A stretch of DNA of 64,000 nucleotides from Thermoplasmata archaeon. Its GTDB lineage: Archaea; Thermoplasmatota; Thermoplasmata; Lutacidiplasmatales; UBA184. The stretch is from contig JAKAVY010000003.1 in assembly GCA_021827405.1 (NCBI GenBank), positions 3,735-67,734 on the forward strand, written 5' to 3'. The notes under the pieces are model-generated. The model saw only the letters and a program-made list of their open reading frames with translations. It was not told where the DNA came from and ran no database searches. Below, piece by piece: positions 9,426-19,366 of this stretch (positions are counted from its first letter, which is position 1; the number at the start of each line of letters is the position of its first letter). Made by a program: the position numbers and the translations under genes.

Positions 9426-10325
9426 GTGCTCTCCACTACCGACCTCCTCACCCTGGAAGCCGCCGTTCTGTTGGCGGGTATGGCCTTCGCCTCCTACCAG
9501 GACCTGAAGGTCCGGGAGGTCTCCGATGGTCTCTGGGTCCTCACGGCCCTGGTCGGAGGCGCCCTCTTGGAGCTGGGGAGCCTGGGATCGCCCTGGCCGG
9601 TCTACCTGTTGAACGCGGTCGCCGTTCTGTTTGTGCTGGAACACCTCCTTCCCTGGGAGGACCTGCTGGGGGACCGGGGGGAGCTCGTATGGGCCGTGGA
9701 GATCGCCGTGTACGTCGCCGTCCTCCTCCTGGCCGTCTACGCGTGGTTCACCCTCCTACCCCACGAGCTGCTCCTCTACGATGAGGTGGTCGGGATGGTC
9801 ATTCTCGCCCGGGTCCTCTTCGAGGCAGGGGCCTTGTACGGGGGAGCCGACGCCAAGGCGCTCATGGCTGCGAGCGTCGTGCTCCCGGTCCTGACCAACC
9901 CTCTGCTGCTGGAGTACCCCGCCCGCGTGCAAGGGTCGGTCCTCGCCCTTCTCCCGTTCCCCTTCACCATGCTCATCGACGGGGCTCTCCTCACCTTGCT
10001 CGTCCCCCTGATCATGCTCCTTCGGAACCTGCGCCGGGGGGAACGGGAGTTCCCGAAGATCCTGCACATGGAACGCATCCCTATCGCCGAACTGGCCAGG
10101 CGATTCGTCTGGCTGAAGGAACCGGCCTTGGAGGAGGGCCACCGGGAGGACACCACCGAGGAGGACCGTGCCCTCCGCGCCCGCCAGGTGGAGAAGCTCC
10201 AGGCGATGGGGGTGGAGCGGGTCTGGGTGACCCCTCAGCTCCCCTTCCTGGTCTCCCTGACCCTGGGAGCCGTCCTCGGGGTCCTGGTCGGGGATGTCCT
10301 GGTCTGGTTCCTGACCGCGATCTGA
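9426..10325 (+). CDS. A24-family prepilin/preflagellin peptidase (PibD/FlaK-like)
   Basis: It is polytopic. ASYQDLKVREVSDG carries the first catalytic Asp motif, and GGADAKAL carries the second (GxGD-like). This matches the class III signals at 767 and 1469. Confidence 0.65.
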   Translation: MLSTTDLLTLEAAVLLAGMAFASYQDLKVREVSDGLWVLTALVGGALLELGSLGSPWPVYLLNAVAVLFVLEHLLPWEDLLGDRGELVWAVEIAVYVAVLLLAVYAWFTLLPHELLLYDEVVGMVILARVLFEAGALYGGADAKALMAASVVLPVLTNPLLLEYPARVQGSVLALLPFPFTMLIDGALLTLLVPLIMLLRNLRRGEREFPKILHMERIPIAELARRFVWLKEPALEEGHREDTTEEDRALRARQVEKLQAMGVERVWVTPQLPFLVSLTLGAVLGVLVGDVLVWFLTAI

Positions 10326-10338
10326 GCCGCGGGTCCCC

Positions 10339-11703
10339 CTACTCGGGTGGACGGCGGTGCGTCCGGGGGGCGGCGTAGGCGTAGGTTCTCCTCGCCTGCC
10401 GGCGGCCCCCGCCTCCTCCGCCGAAGGAACCCCGGGTGGGCGGCCGGCCCCCGTGGGAATTCCCCCGGTCCGACCCCCTAGGGCGTCCCCCTCCCCGACC
10501 CGCAGAAGGGGGAGGTGGGGCCCGGGGGGTCTCGTAAGGGAATCCCGGGATCCGGGCACGGGGGATGGTCATGCCAATGAGTTGCTCCACCCGGGCGAAG
10601 TCGTCTTCCTCCTCGGGGCTCACCAGCGTGAAGGCGTCCCCGCGTCGCTGGGCGCGGGCCGTCCGGCCCACCCTGTGGACGTAGGTCTCGGTCTCGTGGG
10701 GCACGTCGTAATTGACCACGTGGGTGATCCCCTCCACATCCACTCCCCGGGCCGCCAGGTCGGTGGCCACGAGGACCCGGTGGGCCCCCCGACGGAACCC
10801 CTCCAATGCCCGGAGCCTCTGGCTTTGGCTGCGGTCACCGTGGATGGCGGAGGCGGAGATCCGTCGTTGGCTCAACTGGCGGGCCAGGCGGTCCGCCCGG
10901 TGCTTGGTCCGGGTGAAGACCAGGACGGAGGTCATGGTGGCGTCCTGGAGGAGATCGCAGAGGAGGTCGGTCTTCTGATGAGCGGAGACCGGCAGGGCCA
11001 GGTGGGTGACGCCGACGGCGGCCACCGTGGCCGGGTCCACCTGCACCATCTTCGGGTCCCGCAGGAAGTCCCGGGCCAGCTGAACGACCTCCGGAGGCAT
11101 GGTGGCGGAAAAGAGCATGGTCTGGCGCTCCTGGGGGAGCCGGCTCAGGATGCGGCGGACATCGGGGATGAACCCCATGTCCAGCATCCGGTCCCCTTCG
11201 TCCAACACCAGGATGCTCAACGAGCGGAAGTCCACGTACCCCCGTCCCATGTGGTCCAACAGCCGGCCGGGGGTCGCGATGATCACCTCCGCCCCTCCTC
11301 GGAGCGCCCGCTCCTGCTCCGGCATCCCTACGCCCCCGTAGACCGCGGCGCCTCGCAGGGTGGTGTGCCGGCCCAGTTGGCGGAGGAACCCCTCCGCCTG
11401 GACGGCGAGCTCCCGGGTGGGGGTCAGGATCAGGGCGTGGATGCGTCCCCGGGGCTTGTCCATCAGGCGCTCCAGGATGGGCAGGAGGAAAGCGGCGGTC
11501 TTCCCGGTCCCCGTCTGCGCGGTCCCGATGAGGTCCCTCCCCTGGACCGCGTCCGGGATGGTACGGTGCTGGATGGGGGTGGGGACGAGGTAACCCATCT
11601 CCCGGATCCCCTTGCGGAGGCTCGCGCTCAGGGGTAGGTCCTCAAAGGTGGGGGGTCGGCGGACGGGGCTTGCGGGCTGGGCGGGGCTCTCGGAATCGCT
11701 CAT
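10339..11703 (-). CDS. DEAD-box ATP-dependent RNA helicase with an RGG-rich C-terminal tail
   Basis: The Q-motif, AQTGTGKT, DEGDRMLDMGF, SAT and HRVGRTAR are present. The C-terminus is R/G-rich. Confidence 0.9.
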   Translation of the reverse strand: MSDSESPAQPASPVRRPPTFEDLPLSASLRKGIREMGYLVPTPIQHRTIPDAVQGRDLIGTAQTGTGKTAAFLLPILERLMDKPRGRIHALILTPTRELAVQAEGFLRQLGRHTTLRGAAVYGGVGMPEQERALRGGAEVIIATPGRLLDHMGRGYVDFRSLSILVLDEGDRMLDMGFIPDVRRILSRLPQERQTMLFSATMPPEVVQLARDFLRDPKMVQVDPATVAAVGVTHLALPVSAHQKTDLLCDLLQDATMTSVLVFTRTKHRADRLARQLSQRRISASAIHGDRSQSQRLRALEGFRRGAHRVLVATDLAARGVDVEGITHVVNYDVPHETETYVHRVGRTARAQRRGDAFTLVSPEEEDDFARVEQLIGMTIPRARIPGFPYETPRAPPPPSAGRGGGRPRGSDRGNSHGGRPPTRGSFGGGGGGRRQARRTYAYAAPRTHRRPPE

Positions 11704-11855
11704 GCTGTCTCGGGGTCCCGATCCGCCTTCGCCGAAGGGGAGTCCGATCTTCTGCCGAGACGGACCCCGGTACCCCTTAAGAAGCCTCAGGGACCGCCAG
11801 GGGGCCTCTCCCCCCGGGCAAAACCCTTTACAACCCGAGTGACTCGGTCACCGTC

Positions 11856-12290
11856 GTGCCGAATTCCCCTACCCCCTCCGCCAAGGGAAAGCGACCCATC
11901 CGGGTCCTCATGGCCAAGCCAGGCCTGGACGGTCATGACCGGGGGGCCAAGGTCGTGGCCCGGGCTCTCCGCGACGCGGGGATGGAGGTCATCTACGCCG
12001 GCCTGCGACAGACCCCCGAGGACATCGTGGAGGCCGCGGTGGAGGAGGACGTGGACCTCATCGGGCTCTCCATCCTCTCCGGTGCCCACATGGTGCTCTT
12101 TCCCCGGGTGCTTCAGCTCTTGAAGACCCGGAAGGCCTCCGAGATCAAGGTCTTTGCCGGGGGGATCATTCCCGACGAGGACGCCCGGAAGCTCAAGCAG
12201 ATGGGGATCCGGGCCATCTTCGGGCCGGGTACAAGCCTGCAGACCATTGTGGACACGGCCCGTCAGTTGGCAGGAAAACGGGCGTCATGA
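11856..12290 (+). CDS. methylmalonyl-CoA mutase small subunit (B12-binding domain)
   Basis: [32 protein letters not shown] is the cobalamin-binding DxHxxG motif. Confidence 0.8.
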   Translation: MPNSPTPSAKGKRPIRVLMAKPGLDGHDRGAKVVARALRDAGMEVIYAGLRQTPEDIVEAAVEEDVDLIGLSILSGAHMVLFPRVLQLLKTRKASEIKVFAGGIIPDEDARKLKQMGIRAIFGPGTSLQTIVDTARQLAGKRAS

Positions 12291-13297
12291 AAAAGGGGGT
12301 CCGGGGTGCCCGCCGCCAGGCCCGTCCGGTCCCCCGCGCTTCGTCCCCCTTGAGCCCCGTGGCAAGGCGGATCGTCTCCGGGGACCGGCGGGCCCTGGGC
12401 CGCCTCATCTCCGACGTGGAATCGGGACGGCCTGAGGCCCGGGACGTCCTGAAGGAACTGCATCCCCGGACCGGCAGGTCGCTCGTGGTGGGGCTCAGCG
12501 GTCCCCTGGGGGTCGGCAAGAGCTCCCTGGTGAACCGGCTCCTCCAGCATCTGAAAGGGCTCGGAAAACGGGTCGGGGTGATCGCGGTGGACCCCTCCAG
12601 CCCGTTCTCCGGGGGCGCGGTCCTGGGGGACCGGGTCCGCATCGACCGAGACCCCTCGGACCCCTCAGTCTTCTTCCGGTCCATGGCGAGCCGGGGGCAC
12701 CCCGGGGGGCTGTCCCAGAGCACCCGGGAGGTGATCCGCCTCCTGGAGGCCTTCGGCATGGACACCATCCTGGTGGAGACGGTGGGAAGCGGACAGGTGG
12801 ACGTGGAGATCCACTCCATCGCCAGCACCCGGATCGTGGTGCTCGTCCCCCATCTGGGCGACGAGGTGCAGACGCTCAAGGCGGGGCTCTTCGAGATCGC
12901 GGACGTCTTCGTGGTGAACAAGTGCGACCTCCCGGGGGCGGACCGGGCGGCGCGGGACCTGTCGGAACTGGCCCAGCTCTCGACGCCCGTCGACGGTTGG
13001 AGGCCCCGGGTGGTGCAGACCTCGACGCTCCTCCCCTCGGGCATCCCCGAGCTCTGGGCGGCAGTGGAGGAGCACGAGCAAGCGTTGCGTTCGGGCACCC
13101 AGCTTAGGGCCCGGCTCACGGAGCGGGCCGACCAGGAGCTCCGGTCGCTCCTCCTGGCCCGGGTGCAAGGGTCCTTGGACCAAGCGCTGAGGCCCACGCC
13201 GGCCTGGGGGAGCCTGGTCTCGGAGGTGGTCGACCGGACCCTGGACCCCTACACGGCCTCGGAGAAGGCCTACCGGCGGCTCATACAATGTCTCTAA
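12287..13297 (+). CDS. meaB: MeaB/ArgK-type GTPase (methylmalonyl-CoA mutase chaperone)
   Basis: [13 protein letters not shown] is the P-loop, and NKCDL is present. It overlaps the preceding gene by 4 nt. Confidence 0.85.
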   Translation: MKKGVRGARRQARPVPRASSPLSPVARRIVSGDRRALGRLISDVESGRPEARDVLKELHPRTGRSLVVGLSGPLGVGKSSLVNRLLQHLKGLGKRVGVIAVDPSSPFSGGAVLGDRVRIDRDPSDPSVFFRSMASRGHPGGLSQSTREVIRLLEAFGMDTILVETVGSGQVDVEIHSIASTRIVVLVPHLGDEVQTLKAGLFEIADVFVVNKCDLPGADRAARDLSELAQLSTPVDGWRPRVVQTSTLLPSGIPELWAAVEEHEQALRSGTQLRARLTERADQELRSLLLARVQGSLDQALRPTPAWGSLVSEVVDRTLDPYTASEKAYRRLIQCL

Positions 13298-13310
13298 ACC
13301 CACCGGTCCG

Positions 13311-13979
13311 GTGGGGGCCTGGCCCATGATCACCGTGCCCTGGTACTCCCTGGTGATCTTCGCCGGGGTGGGGTTCACCACCTACTTCATCTTCGCGTCC
13401 TTCCTCTATGGTGCCGGCTACCAGCCCGCCCCTCCCCGGGTCGTCCGCCGGATGCTCCAGCTTGGCCGGGTCGGCCCCGGGGACGAGGTCTTCGACCTGG
13501 GGGCCGGGACCGGCGGCCTGCTCTTCCAGGCCGTGGAGGTCCTCGGGGCGCGGGGGACCGGGGTGGAGGTCGAGCCGATCCGTTACCTCTATCTCCTCTA
13601 CCGGCGCCGGCGGAGCCCCGCCCGGGAGCGGATCCGGATCCTGCGGAAGGACCTGTTCACGGTAGACCTTACCAACGCCACGGTGGTGCTCGCCTTCCTT
13701 TGGCCGGGGGCGATGCGCCGGCTCAAGGAGAAGCTCAAGAGGGAGCTCCGGCCCGGCACCCGGGTGGTCAGCTACTACCACCGGATCGCCGGGTGGAAGA
13801 CGGTGGAGGAGGATGCCTCGCTGAGGGTGTTCGTCTACGGGATCCCCCCGCTCGAGGAGCCGGAGGGCCCCCCCCGAAGGCCAGGACCGATCGGGCTCGC
13901 CCCGGGCGCGGTCCCCGGGGTCAACCCGGTCCCGGGGGAGGGGATTGCCGTCGGCGTCGGGAAGCCAGCACCGCGATGA
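13311..13979 (+). CDS. class I SAM-dependent methyltransferase
   Basis: VFDLGAGTGGLL is motif I. The 3' end overlaps the convergent protease gene. Confidence 0.55.
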   Translation: MGAWPMITVPWYSLVIFAGVGFTTYFIFASFLYGAGYQPAPPRVVRRMLQLGRVGPGDEVFDLGAGTGGLLFQAVEVLGARGTGVEVEPIRYLYLLYRRRRSPARERIRILRKDLFTVDLTNATVVLAFLWPGAMRRLKEKLKRELRPGTRVVSYYHRIAGWKTVEEDASLRVFVYGIPPLEEPEGPPRRPGPIGLAPGAVPGVNPVPGEGIAVGVGKPAPR

Positions 13980-16900
13980 GGATCGCGACGATCCCCACCG
14001 CGAGGATGGCCAACCCCAGATACAAGAGGTCCCCTGACAGAGAGAACGGGGGGCTGGAGTGGCTCGGAGAGACCTCCGAGGCCAGCGCGATGCTCTCGTT
14101 CACGGACTGCCCCTGGACGGAGACATAGCCAAAGGCCGGGGTGGCGGTCATCCCCGCGGGCGCGAGGACCTGGAAGTCATAGCTTCCGTTCTCCAAGGAG
14201 ACATTGAGCGAACCGCTGGTCCCGGAGAGGTTGCCCACGCCCGTGAGGTCGACCTGCCAGGCCCTCCCTCCCGGCAGGTCCACGGCCTGGAAGATCACGT
14301 CAAACTTCACCAGGGCGAAACGGACGGGGACGCTGAGGGAACCTCCCTGGACGGTGAGGTCGGCGTTCGTGGGGGTCCCCCTCCAAGTGGCATTGCCGGA
14401 GAGGACCTGGTAGGCGTACGTCCCGTTAGGGAGGGACATCTGGACCTTCCCGTTCGTCTCGGACTGCGACGGCCCTCCATTCACGCTGACGCCCCAGGAC
14501 CCGGGGCCCACCCCGGCGACGGCCTCAAAGGAGACCGGGTAGACGACCCGGGTGAAAGCCACCGTCCGGTTTACGGCCGCGCCGTCCACAAGGAGGGTCC
14601 CGCTGGCATTCACGGGGCGCCAGGTGGGGTCCCCGGAGGTGACCGTGAAAGCGTAGGACCCGTTGGAGAGGTCAAGGAAGACACCGGAAGTGGGCGTTGA
14701 CCAGCTTCCCACCCCCGCGATGGTGAGGTTCCAGGAGGACGGGCCGGGAGCGCTGGAGCCCAGGATGGAGACCAGGTAGGTCACCCGTTCGAAGGCTACG
14801 TTCACCGTGAGGGCAGAACCTTGGACGGTGAACCCCACGGCGCTCGGGGTAGGGCGGTAAAGGGGGTTCGTGCTGGAGAGCCGGAGGAGATAGCTCCCGT
14901 TCGTCAAGGAGAAGGAAGTGCTGTTCCCTTGGACCCGGGCCGGTGCCTGCCCGGAGAGGTTCGCCCACCACACCACCGAAGCGGGGAGTCCCGAGGCGAG
15001 CACCTGAGCGGCATAGGTGGCGGCCACAAAGGTCACGTTGACGGTCTGGGGCAACCCGGCCACGGTCACGGAACCGAACGCGGGCTGAGGTTTCCAGAGG
15101 GTGTCGGGGGTGCTGACCGCGTAGCGGTACGTCCCGTTGGGAAGGCCGGCGGTGAGCGAAGGGGCGGTGGTGTTCAGCTGAAGCCCGTTGGACAGGGAAA
15201 CGTTCCAGGACGTAGGGCTTCCGGAGGTGAGCAAGAACGTGACCGCGAACTGCGGCGCGGAGAACGTGAGGGTCACCCCGATCGCGCTGCCCGTGACCGA
15301 GACCGTACCGGAAGAGGGGGAGGGGAGCCAGCCCTTGGAGGGCCCGACCTGGAACGAGTAACTTCCGTTCAGGACCGTGAAGGAGAGGGTAGAGCTCGTG
15401 CCCGAGAGCGTCTGGGTGCCCAAGGTCACTTCCCACCGTTGGCCCGCGGGGAGTCCCCCTTCATGGAACGTGACCGGGCTGGAGTAGGGCTGGAAGGTCA
15501 CGGACACCGTCAAGACTGAGCCGCTCTCATCGAGGGAACCGGCCCCCGGAGTCGGGGCGTAGTAGTTGCCCCCGCTGGACACGGTGTAGGAGTAACTGCC
15601 ATTGGAGAGGGAGAAGGAGAGGGTGGAGGTCGTGCTGTTGAACGACCCCACCCCAGAGACGTTCACGAACCAGCGGTCGCCGGTAGGCAGCCCGGTCTCT
15701 TGGAAATTGACCGGGAAGCGGGCGGGAGAGGCGTAACTTAAGACCCCCTGATCGGTGGCGCCATTCTGGTAGCCCACGCTCCAGGAATTCCCGGCAGCGG
15801 GCTGCCAGGTGAGGTTGGACGCGGCCTCCCCCGTCTCATCGACATTCTCCTGGAAGACCCTCGAAGCGGCCGGGATGAAGCTCGTCTGCCCAAACGCCCG
15901 CATCCGGGGGACCAGGGAGCCCTGGGTCGGGGGGACGAAATTACCAACCCCGAGGGACGGACCGCCGACCAGCCCGAATTGGGGGGAAAGTCCGCCCGGG
16001 TCAGGGTTCCCGGGGTAGGGCCCGTTCGAGTAGTTCGTGCCTTCCCAACTGTAGTTGTACCAGAGGTCTCCGATGATGTAGGCCGCCCCCGGGACCGGTA
16101 AGGAGACCGTGTGGCTGTTGACGGAAAAGTCCACGGCCGGGGTGGGGGACAGGGTGAGGTTCGAGCTCACCACAAAGGTGTGAGGAAGATGGACGAGGAT
16201 GGCGGGCGGATAGTTGTACTCGTAGACGGTATCCGATGGATAGAGCCCATAGAAGGGAAAGATGACCCACCCGCTGTAGCTCATGTCCCATCCGCCGGTC
16301 ACGTTGGTGATGTAGATCACGTTCTGGACCCAGTAGACCGGGGCACCGAGGCTGTTGGCGAGGAAGAAGTTCTGCTGGATGGAGGCATTGAACTGGGTGT
16401 TGACGCCACCGGTCGAGAAGGTGGAGGTGACGTTCAGGCCCGCGAGGCTGAGCACGTCCTGGACGCCGGACAACCTTCCAAGAACCCCGGAGGATTGGGC
16501 AGTGAGGAAGTACATGGTGTAGTTGTAGGCGTCCAGGGAGCCCCAGCCGGTAACCAGGCTGTAGCCATAGTGGGTGGTGTAGAGGAAGTTCCTCCCCTCC
16601 GTGACGGGGGAGAGGGGCAACGTCGGGAGAGAGGAGTTGTAAGGGCCGGTAAGGTTGTAGCCGGTGTTCGCACCGGAGCTGAGAGCCGCAAACTCCTGGT
16701 CGGCCAGGGGGTACAACCCGGGGTCCAGGAACCCTAGGTTCCCTTCCGCGGCTGCGCCAAGAACATGGTCGATCTCGGCGATCAGACCCGCGGTAAGCGG
16801 GGATGCGATACTGGTGCCCCACGCGGAGTAAAATGGTCTCCCGCTCGAAGAGGCGTTCGTGGCCCGGTACAAGACCCCGTTGATGGAGATGGTCACCAGG

Positions 16901-18519
16901 GTGTTGTTGGCGATGGCGGACAGGTCGGGGACCCCCCGGCCGGCACCCGAGATCCACTGGTTGGCCGAACTGTTGGTTTGCCAGGACGGTTCGGGAAAGA
17001 TGGAACTGATGCCTCCCGTGGATCCTGCCGGTCCCCCGTTCCGGGTGTCGGAACTGGAGATGTTCCACGCCACCTGGGTGTCCAGCGTCAGACCATTCGT
17101 GAGCGTGACCGTGGTTCCCCCCACGGCCACGTCTCCAAACGTGTTGTAGGCCTGGCTGGAGGGGATCTCCACGGTGCTTCCCACGTACTTGGAGCTCGCC
17201 GGGTTGTCCCCGCTGTCACCGGAGGAAGCCAACACGGTGATGCCGCGGGCTTGTGCCTGCTCCAGGTCGGAGTACCAATTGGTATCGGTGTAGGTCCCCG
17301 TCCCACCCCAGGAATTGGAGATGGCGCTAACGTTCTTGAGACCCGAATCACCCGCCGGCGGGCTCAAGATTGTCGCGAACGCCTCGTCCAGGTTGGTGAA
17401 AGAGGAGCTTGGACCGTACACGTTGTATATGGTAGCGCCAGGGGCCGTCGAGCCCACCATCTCCAGGTCGAGGGTGTTTTCAAAGTAGGCGCCGGTAGTA
17501 TCGAAACTCGCGCTGTTTCCCGGAGGTGCGGCCCCATTGATCGGCACGCCCACCAGATGAGCGTGGGGCTCCCCCGCTGGAAGGGTCTCGTTGTAGAAGT
17601 CGTAGACATCCCCAGGGACAAAGGGGCCTACCGCGGTGCCAGAACTGTTCTCCCCGGCCCAGAGGATGGTGGCCACCACGGCTCCACGAGGGTAGCCGGA
17701 CTGCTGGAATAGGCTCTGCTCATCGTAGGCGACCTGAAAGTCCGGGGCATACTCGTACTGGACCCCTTTAATGGTGGGGGGCAGAATATATCCGGAACTC
17801 GAAAGGGAAGGATGGGAGGCCCCCGCTCCCTCCGAAACCGAGACCGGAGCGAAGTGGGAATCCACGTGACCCATCAGGAGAGGGTCCGTGTCGAGCCCCG
17901 TCACCCCCACTACAGCGCCGGCTAAGGACGCAGGCAGAGCGGGGGAGCGGGACGGAGCGACGAAGGTCGTCGAGCCCCGACGGTAATCCAAGAAGTTTGT
18001 GTGGAACATCGTGGAGAGGTTCGAGATGGAGGCGTTGAACACGAGGGTGGCCCGGTCCGAGAAGGTCTGGACCCCGATTCCCCCCTCTCCCTCCACGAAT
18101 CGTACCAGCCCGGCATAAGTGGAATTGGAGGGGGAGAACTCCCGGTCAAATTCCGTCGCGGTCAGATAGTGGTGGTAATCCGGTGAACCGGGGTCGGACA
18201 GTTGGGTGAGGAACCACTGCAACTCCTGCGGGTGAGCGTATTGGAGGGTGACCAAGACCTGCAAAACGGTACCGGGGGCGGGCGCCTGGGAGAGCGGTAC
18301 GGGCGCAGCGGCAGCGCCCGGGTGGGCCCAAGGGACCGCTTCCCACGGGCCAGAGACGTTCGCCTCTAACACCGGGGACAGGGGGCCCGCTCGGTGGGAT
18401 GCCGACGGGCCGGTGGACGAGGCAAGGACCGGTCCTGTCCCGGAAAGGACTAGGAGACCCAACGCGAGAAGAACGAGGGCTCCGCGTGTCCGAACTCCCC
18501 TATGAGGCTTCAATCCCAT
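13921..18519 (-). CDS. giant secreted S53 (sedolisin/kumamolisin-type) peptidase with tandem beta-sandwich repeats and a C-terminal TM anchor
   Basis: A signal peptide is followed by a pro-kumamolisin activation domain (SPDYHHYLTATEFDREF) and a catalytic domain with SAWGTSIASPLTAG. About six repeats of roughly 95 aa follow (GLPxGxxWxVxLxGxxxSGTSxSLxFxLxNGSYxY). The C-terminus is LAILAVGIVAILIAVLASRRRR. Confidence 0.75.
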   Translation of the reverse strand: MGLKPHRGVRTRGALVLLALGLLVLSGTGPVLASSTGPSASHRAGPLSPVLEANVSGPWEAVPWAHPGAAAAPVPLSQAPAPGTVLQVLVTLQYAHPQELQWFLTQLSDPGSPDYHHYLTATEFDREFSPSNSTYAGLVRFVEGEGGIGVQTFSDRATLVFNASISNLSTMFHTNFLDYRRGSTTFVAPSRSPALPASLAGAVVGVTGLDTDPLLMGHVDSHFAPVSVSEGAGASHPSLSSSGYILPPTIKGVQYEYAPDFQVAYDEQSLFQQSGYPRGAVVATILWAGENSSGTAVGPFVPGDVYDFYNETLPAGEPHAHLVGVPINGAAPPGNSASFDTTGAYFENTLDLEMVGSTAPGATIYNVYGPSSSFTNLDEAFATILSPPAGDSGLKNVSAISNSWGGTGTYTDTNWYSDLEQAQARGITVLASSGDSGDNPASSKYVGSTVEIPSSQAYNTFGDVAVGGTTVTLTNGLTLDTQVAWNISSSDTRNGGPAGSTGGISSIFPEPSWQTNSSANQWISGAGRGVPDLSAIANNTLVTISINGVLYRATNASSSGRPFYSAWGTSIASPLTAGLIAEIDHVLGAAAEGNLGFLDPGLYPLADQEFAALSSGANTGYNLTGPYNSSLPTLPLSPVTEGRNFLYTTHYGYSLVTGWGSLDAYNYTMYFLTAQSSGVLGRLSGVQDVLSLAGLNVTSTFSTGGVNTQFNASIQQNFFLANSLGAPVYWVQNVIYITNVTGGWDMSYSGWVIFPFYGLYPSDTVYEYNYPPAILVHLPHTFVVSSNLTLSPTPAVDFSVNSHTVSLPVPGAAYIIGDLWYNYSWEGTNYSNGPYPGNPDPGGLSPQFGLVGGPSLGVGNFVPPTQGSLVPRMRAFGQTSFIPAASRVFQENVDETGEAASNLTWQPAAGNSWSVGYQNGATDQGVLSYASPARFPVNFQETGLPTGDRWFVNVSGVGSFNSTTSTLSFSLSNGSYSYTVSSGGNYYAPTPGAGSLDESGSVLTVSVTFQPYSSPVTFHEGGLPAGQRWEVTLGTQTLSGTSSTLSFTVLNGSYSFQVGPSKGWLPSPSSGTVSVTGSAIGVTLTFSAPQFAVTFLLTSGSPTSWNVSLSNGLQLNTTAPSLTAGLPNGTYRYAVSTPDTLWKPQPAFGSVTVAGLPQTVNVTFVAATYAAQVLASGLPASVVWWANLSGQAPARVQGNSTSFSLTNGSYLLRLSSTNPLYRPTPSAVGFTVQGSALTVNVAFERVTYLVSILGSSAPGPSSWNLTIAGVGSWSTPTSGVFLDLSNGSYAFTVTSGDPTWRPVNASGTLLVDGAAVNRTVAFTRVVYPVSFEAVAGVGPGSWGVSVNGGPSQSETNGKVQMSLPNGTYAYQVLSGNATWRGTPTNADLTVQGGSLSVPVRFALVKFDVIFQAVDLPGGRAWQVDLTGVGNLSGTSGSLNVSLENGSYDFQVLAPAGMTATPAFGYVSVQGQSVNESIALASEVSPSHSSPPFSLSGDLLYLGLAILAVGIVAILIAVLASRRRRQSPPPGPG
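14080..15940 (-). repeat. intragenic tandem repeats of about 285 nt (thermopsin-C-terminal-like domains) inside the S53 protease gene
   Basis: The recurring protein blocks are VTFxExGLPxGxxWxVxL...NGSYxYxV. Boundaries are approximate. Confidence 0.5.
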
Positions 18520-18640
18520 CCGCTTCCCGATCGTTCGACCGACGGGCCTGGAACGTGTCCATACGGATAAATACGTTCCGCGATGGGCCTCGCCAGACCC
18601 GGAGTTTCGAACGCGGACACGGCGAGAGGGAGCTCACGGA

Positions 18641-19279
18641 TCAAGGAGCTGGGGGCGGTCCGTATCCCCCCGGACCGACCGGACCGGTAGGTGGAGGAGG
18701 GGCCGCGGGGGAAACCGGGGCCGCCCAGGGGACCGACGGGGGATAGGGGACCCACCGTCTGCGGGCGGGGACGGCGAGCCCGACCAGGATGAGGATCGTT
18801 CCTAACACCCAGAGGACCGTACCTACGAGCGGATAGCTCCCGGACACCGAGAAGGTGACGTTGTAGCCGTTGATACCGGTGGACCCGAACACCCCCACGA
18901 TGAGCCATTGCCCGCCCGGGACCAGGAAGCTCTGCGACCCTGAGGCGCTGGCATTGAGGATGCCGCCCCAGAGATAGCCGCAGGGCACACCGAAGGCAGT
19001 GGAATTCGCGGGAGGCTCGGTGCTTCCACAGTCCTCGAATGCGATCTCCACCGAGCCGAAGCCGCTTCCCAGCGGAACCCCCGCATCCCAGCTCACCGTG
19101 ATGATCTGGGGCACCAGAAGGGAGGCCGACTGGAAGCACGCACTGACCGTGCAGTTGGCGTTGGATCGGGATTCGGTGCTCTCGGTCCTCTGGTTGACGA
19201 TCGGGACGAGACTGAACAGGCTCAACACCAATCCGACTACGAGGAGCGCGACCCCCAGGCCGATCAGGGAAGCTCTCAA
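18641..19279 (-). CDS. membrane protein with an N-terminal TM helix, an extracellular Cys-containing domain and a C-terminal TM helix plus Pro-rich tail
   Basis: Hydrophobic segments sit at both ends. It is directly upstream of the S53 protease on the same strand. Confidence 0.4.
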   Translation of the reverse strand: MRASLIGLGVALLVVGLVLSLFSLVPIVNQRTESTESRSNANCTVSACFQSASLLVPQIITVSWDAGVPLGSGFGSVEIAFEDCGSTEPPANSTAFGVPCGYLWGGILNASASGSQSFLVPGGQWLIVGVFGSTGINGYNVTFSVSGSYPLVGTVLWVLGTILILVGLAVPARRRWVPYPPSVPWAAPVSPAAPPPPTGPVGPGGYGPPPAP

Positions 19280-19366
19280 TGAGACCCCTGAGAATGGGAA
19301 AGGCCGCTGGAGGTAGATAGACTATCGCGTCCGGGGCCCGGCGAGTGAAGAAAGGATGGGGTCCCC

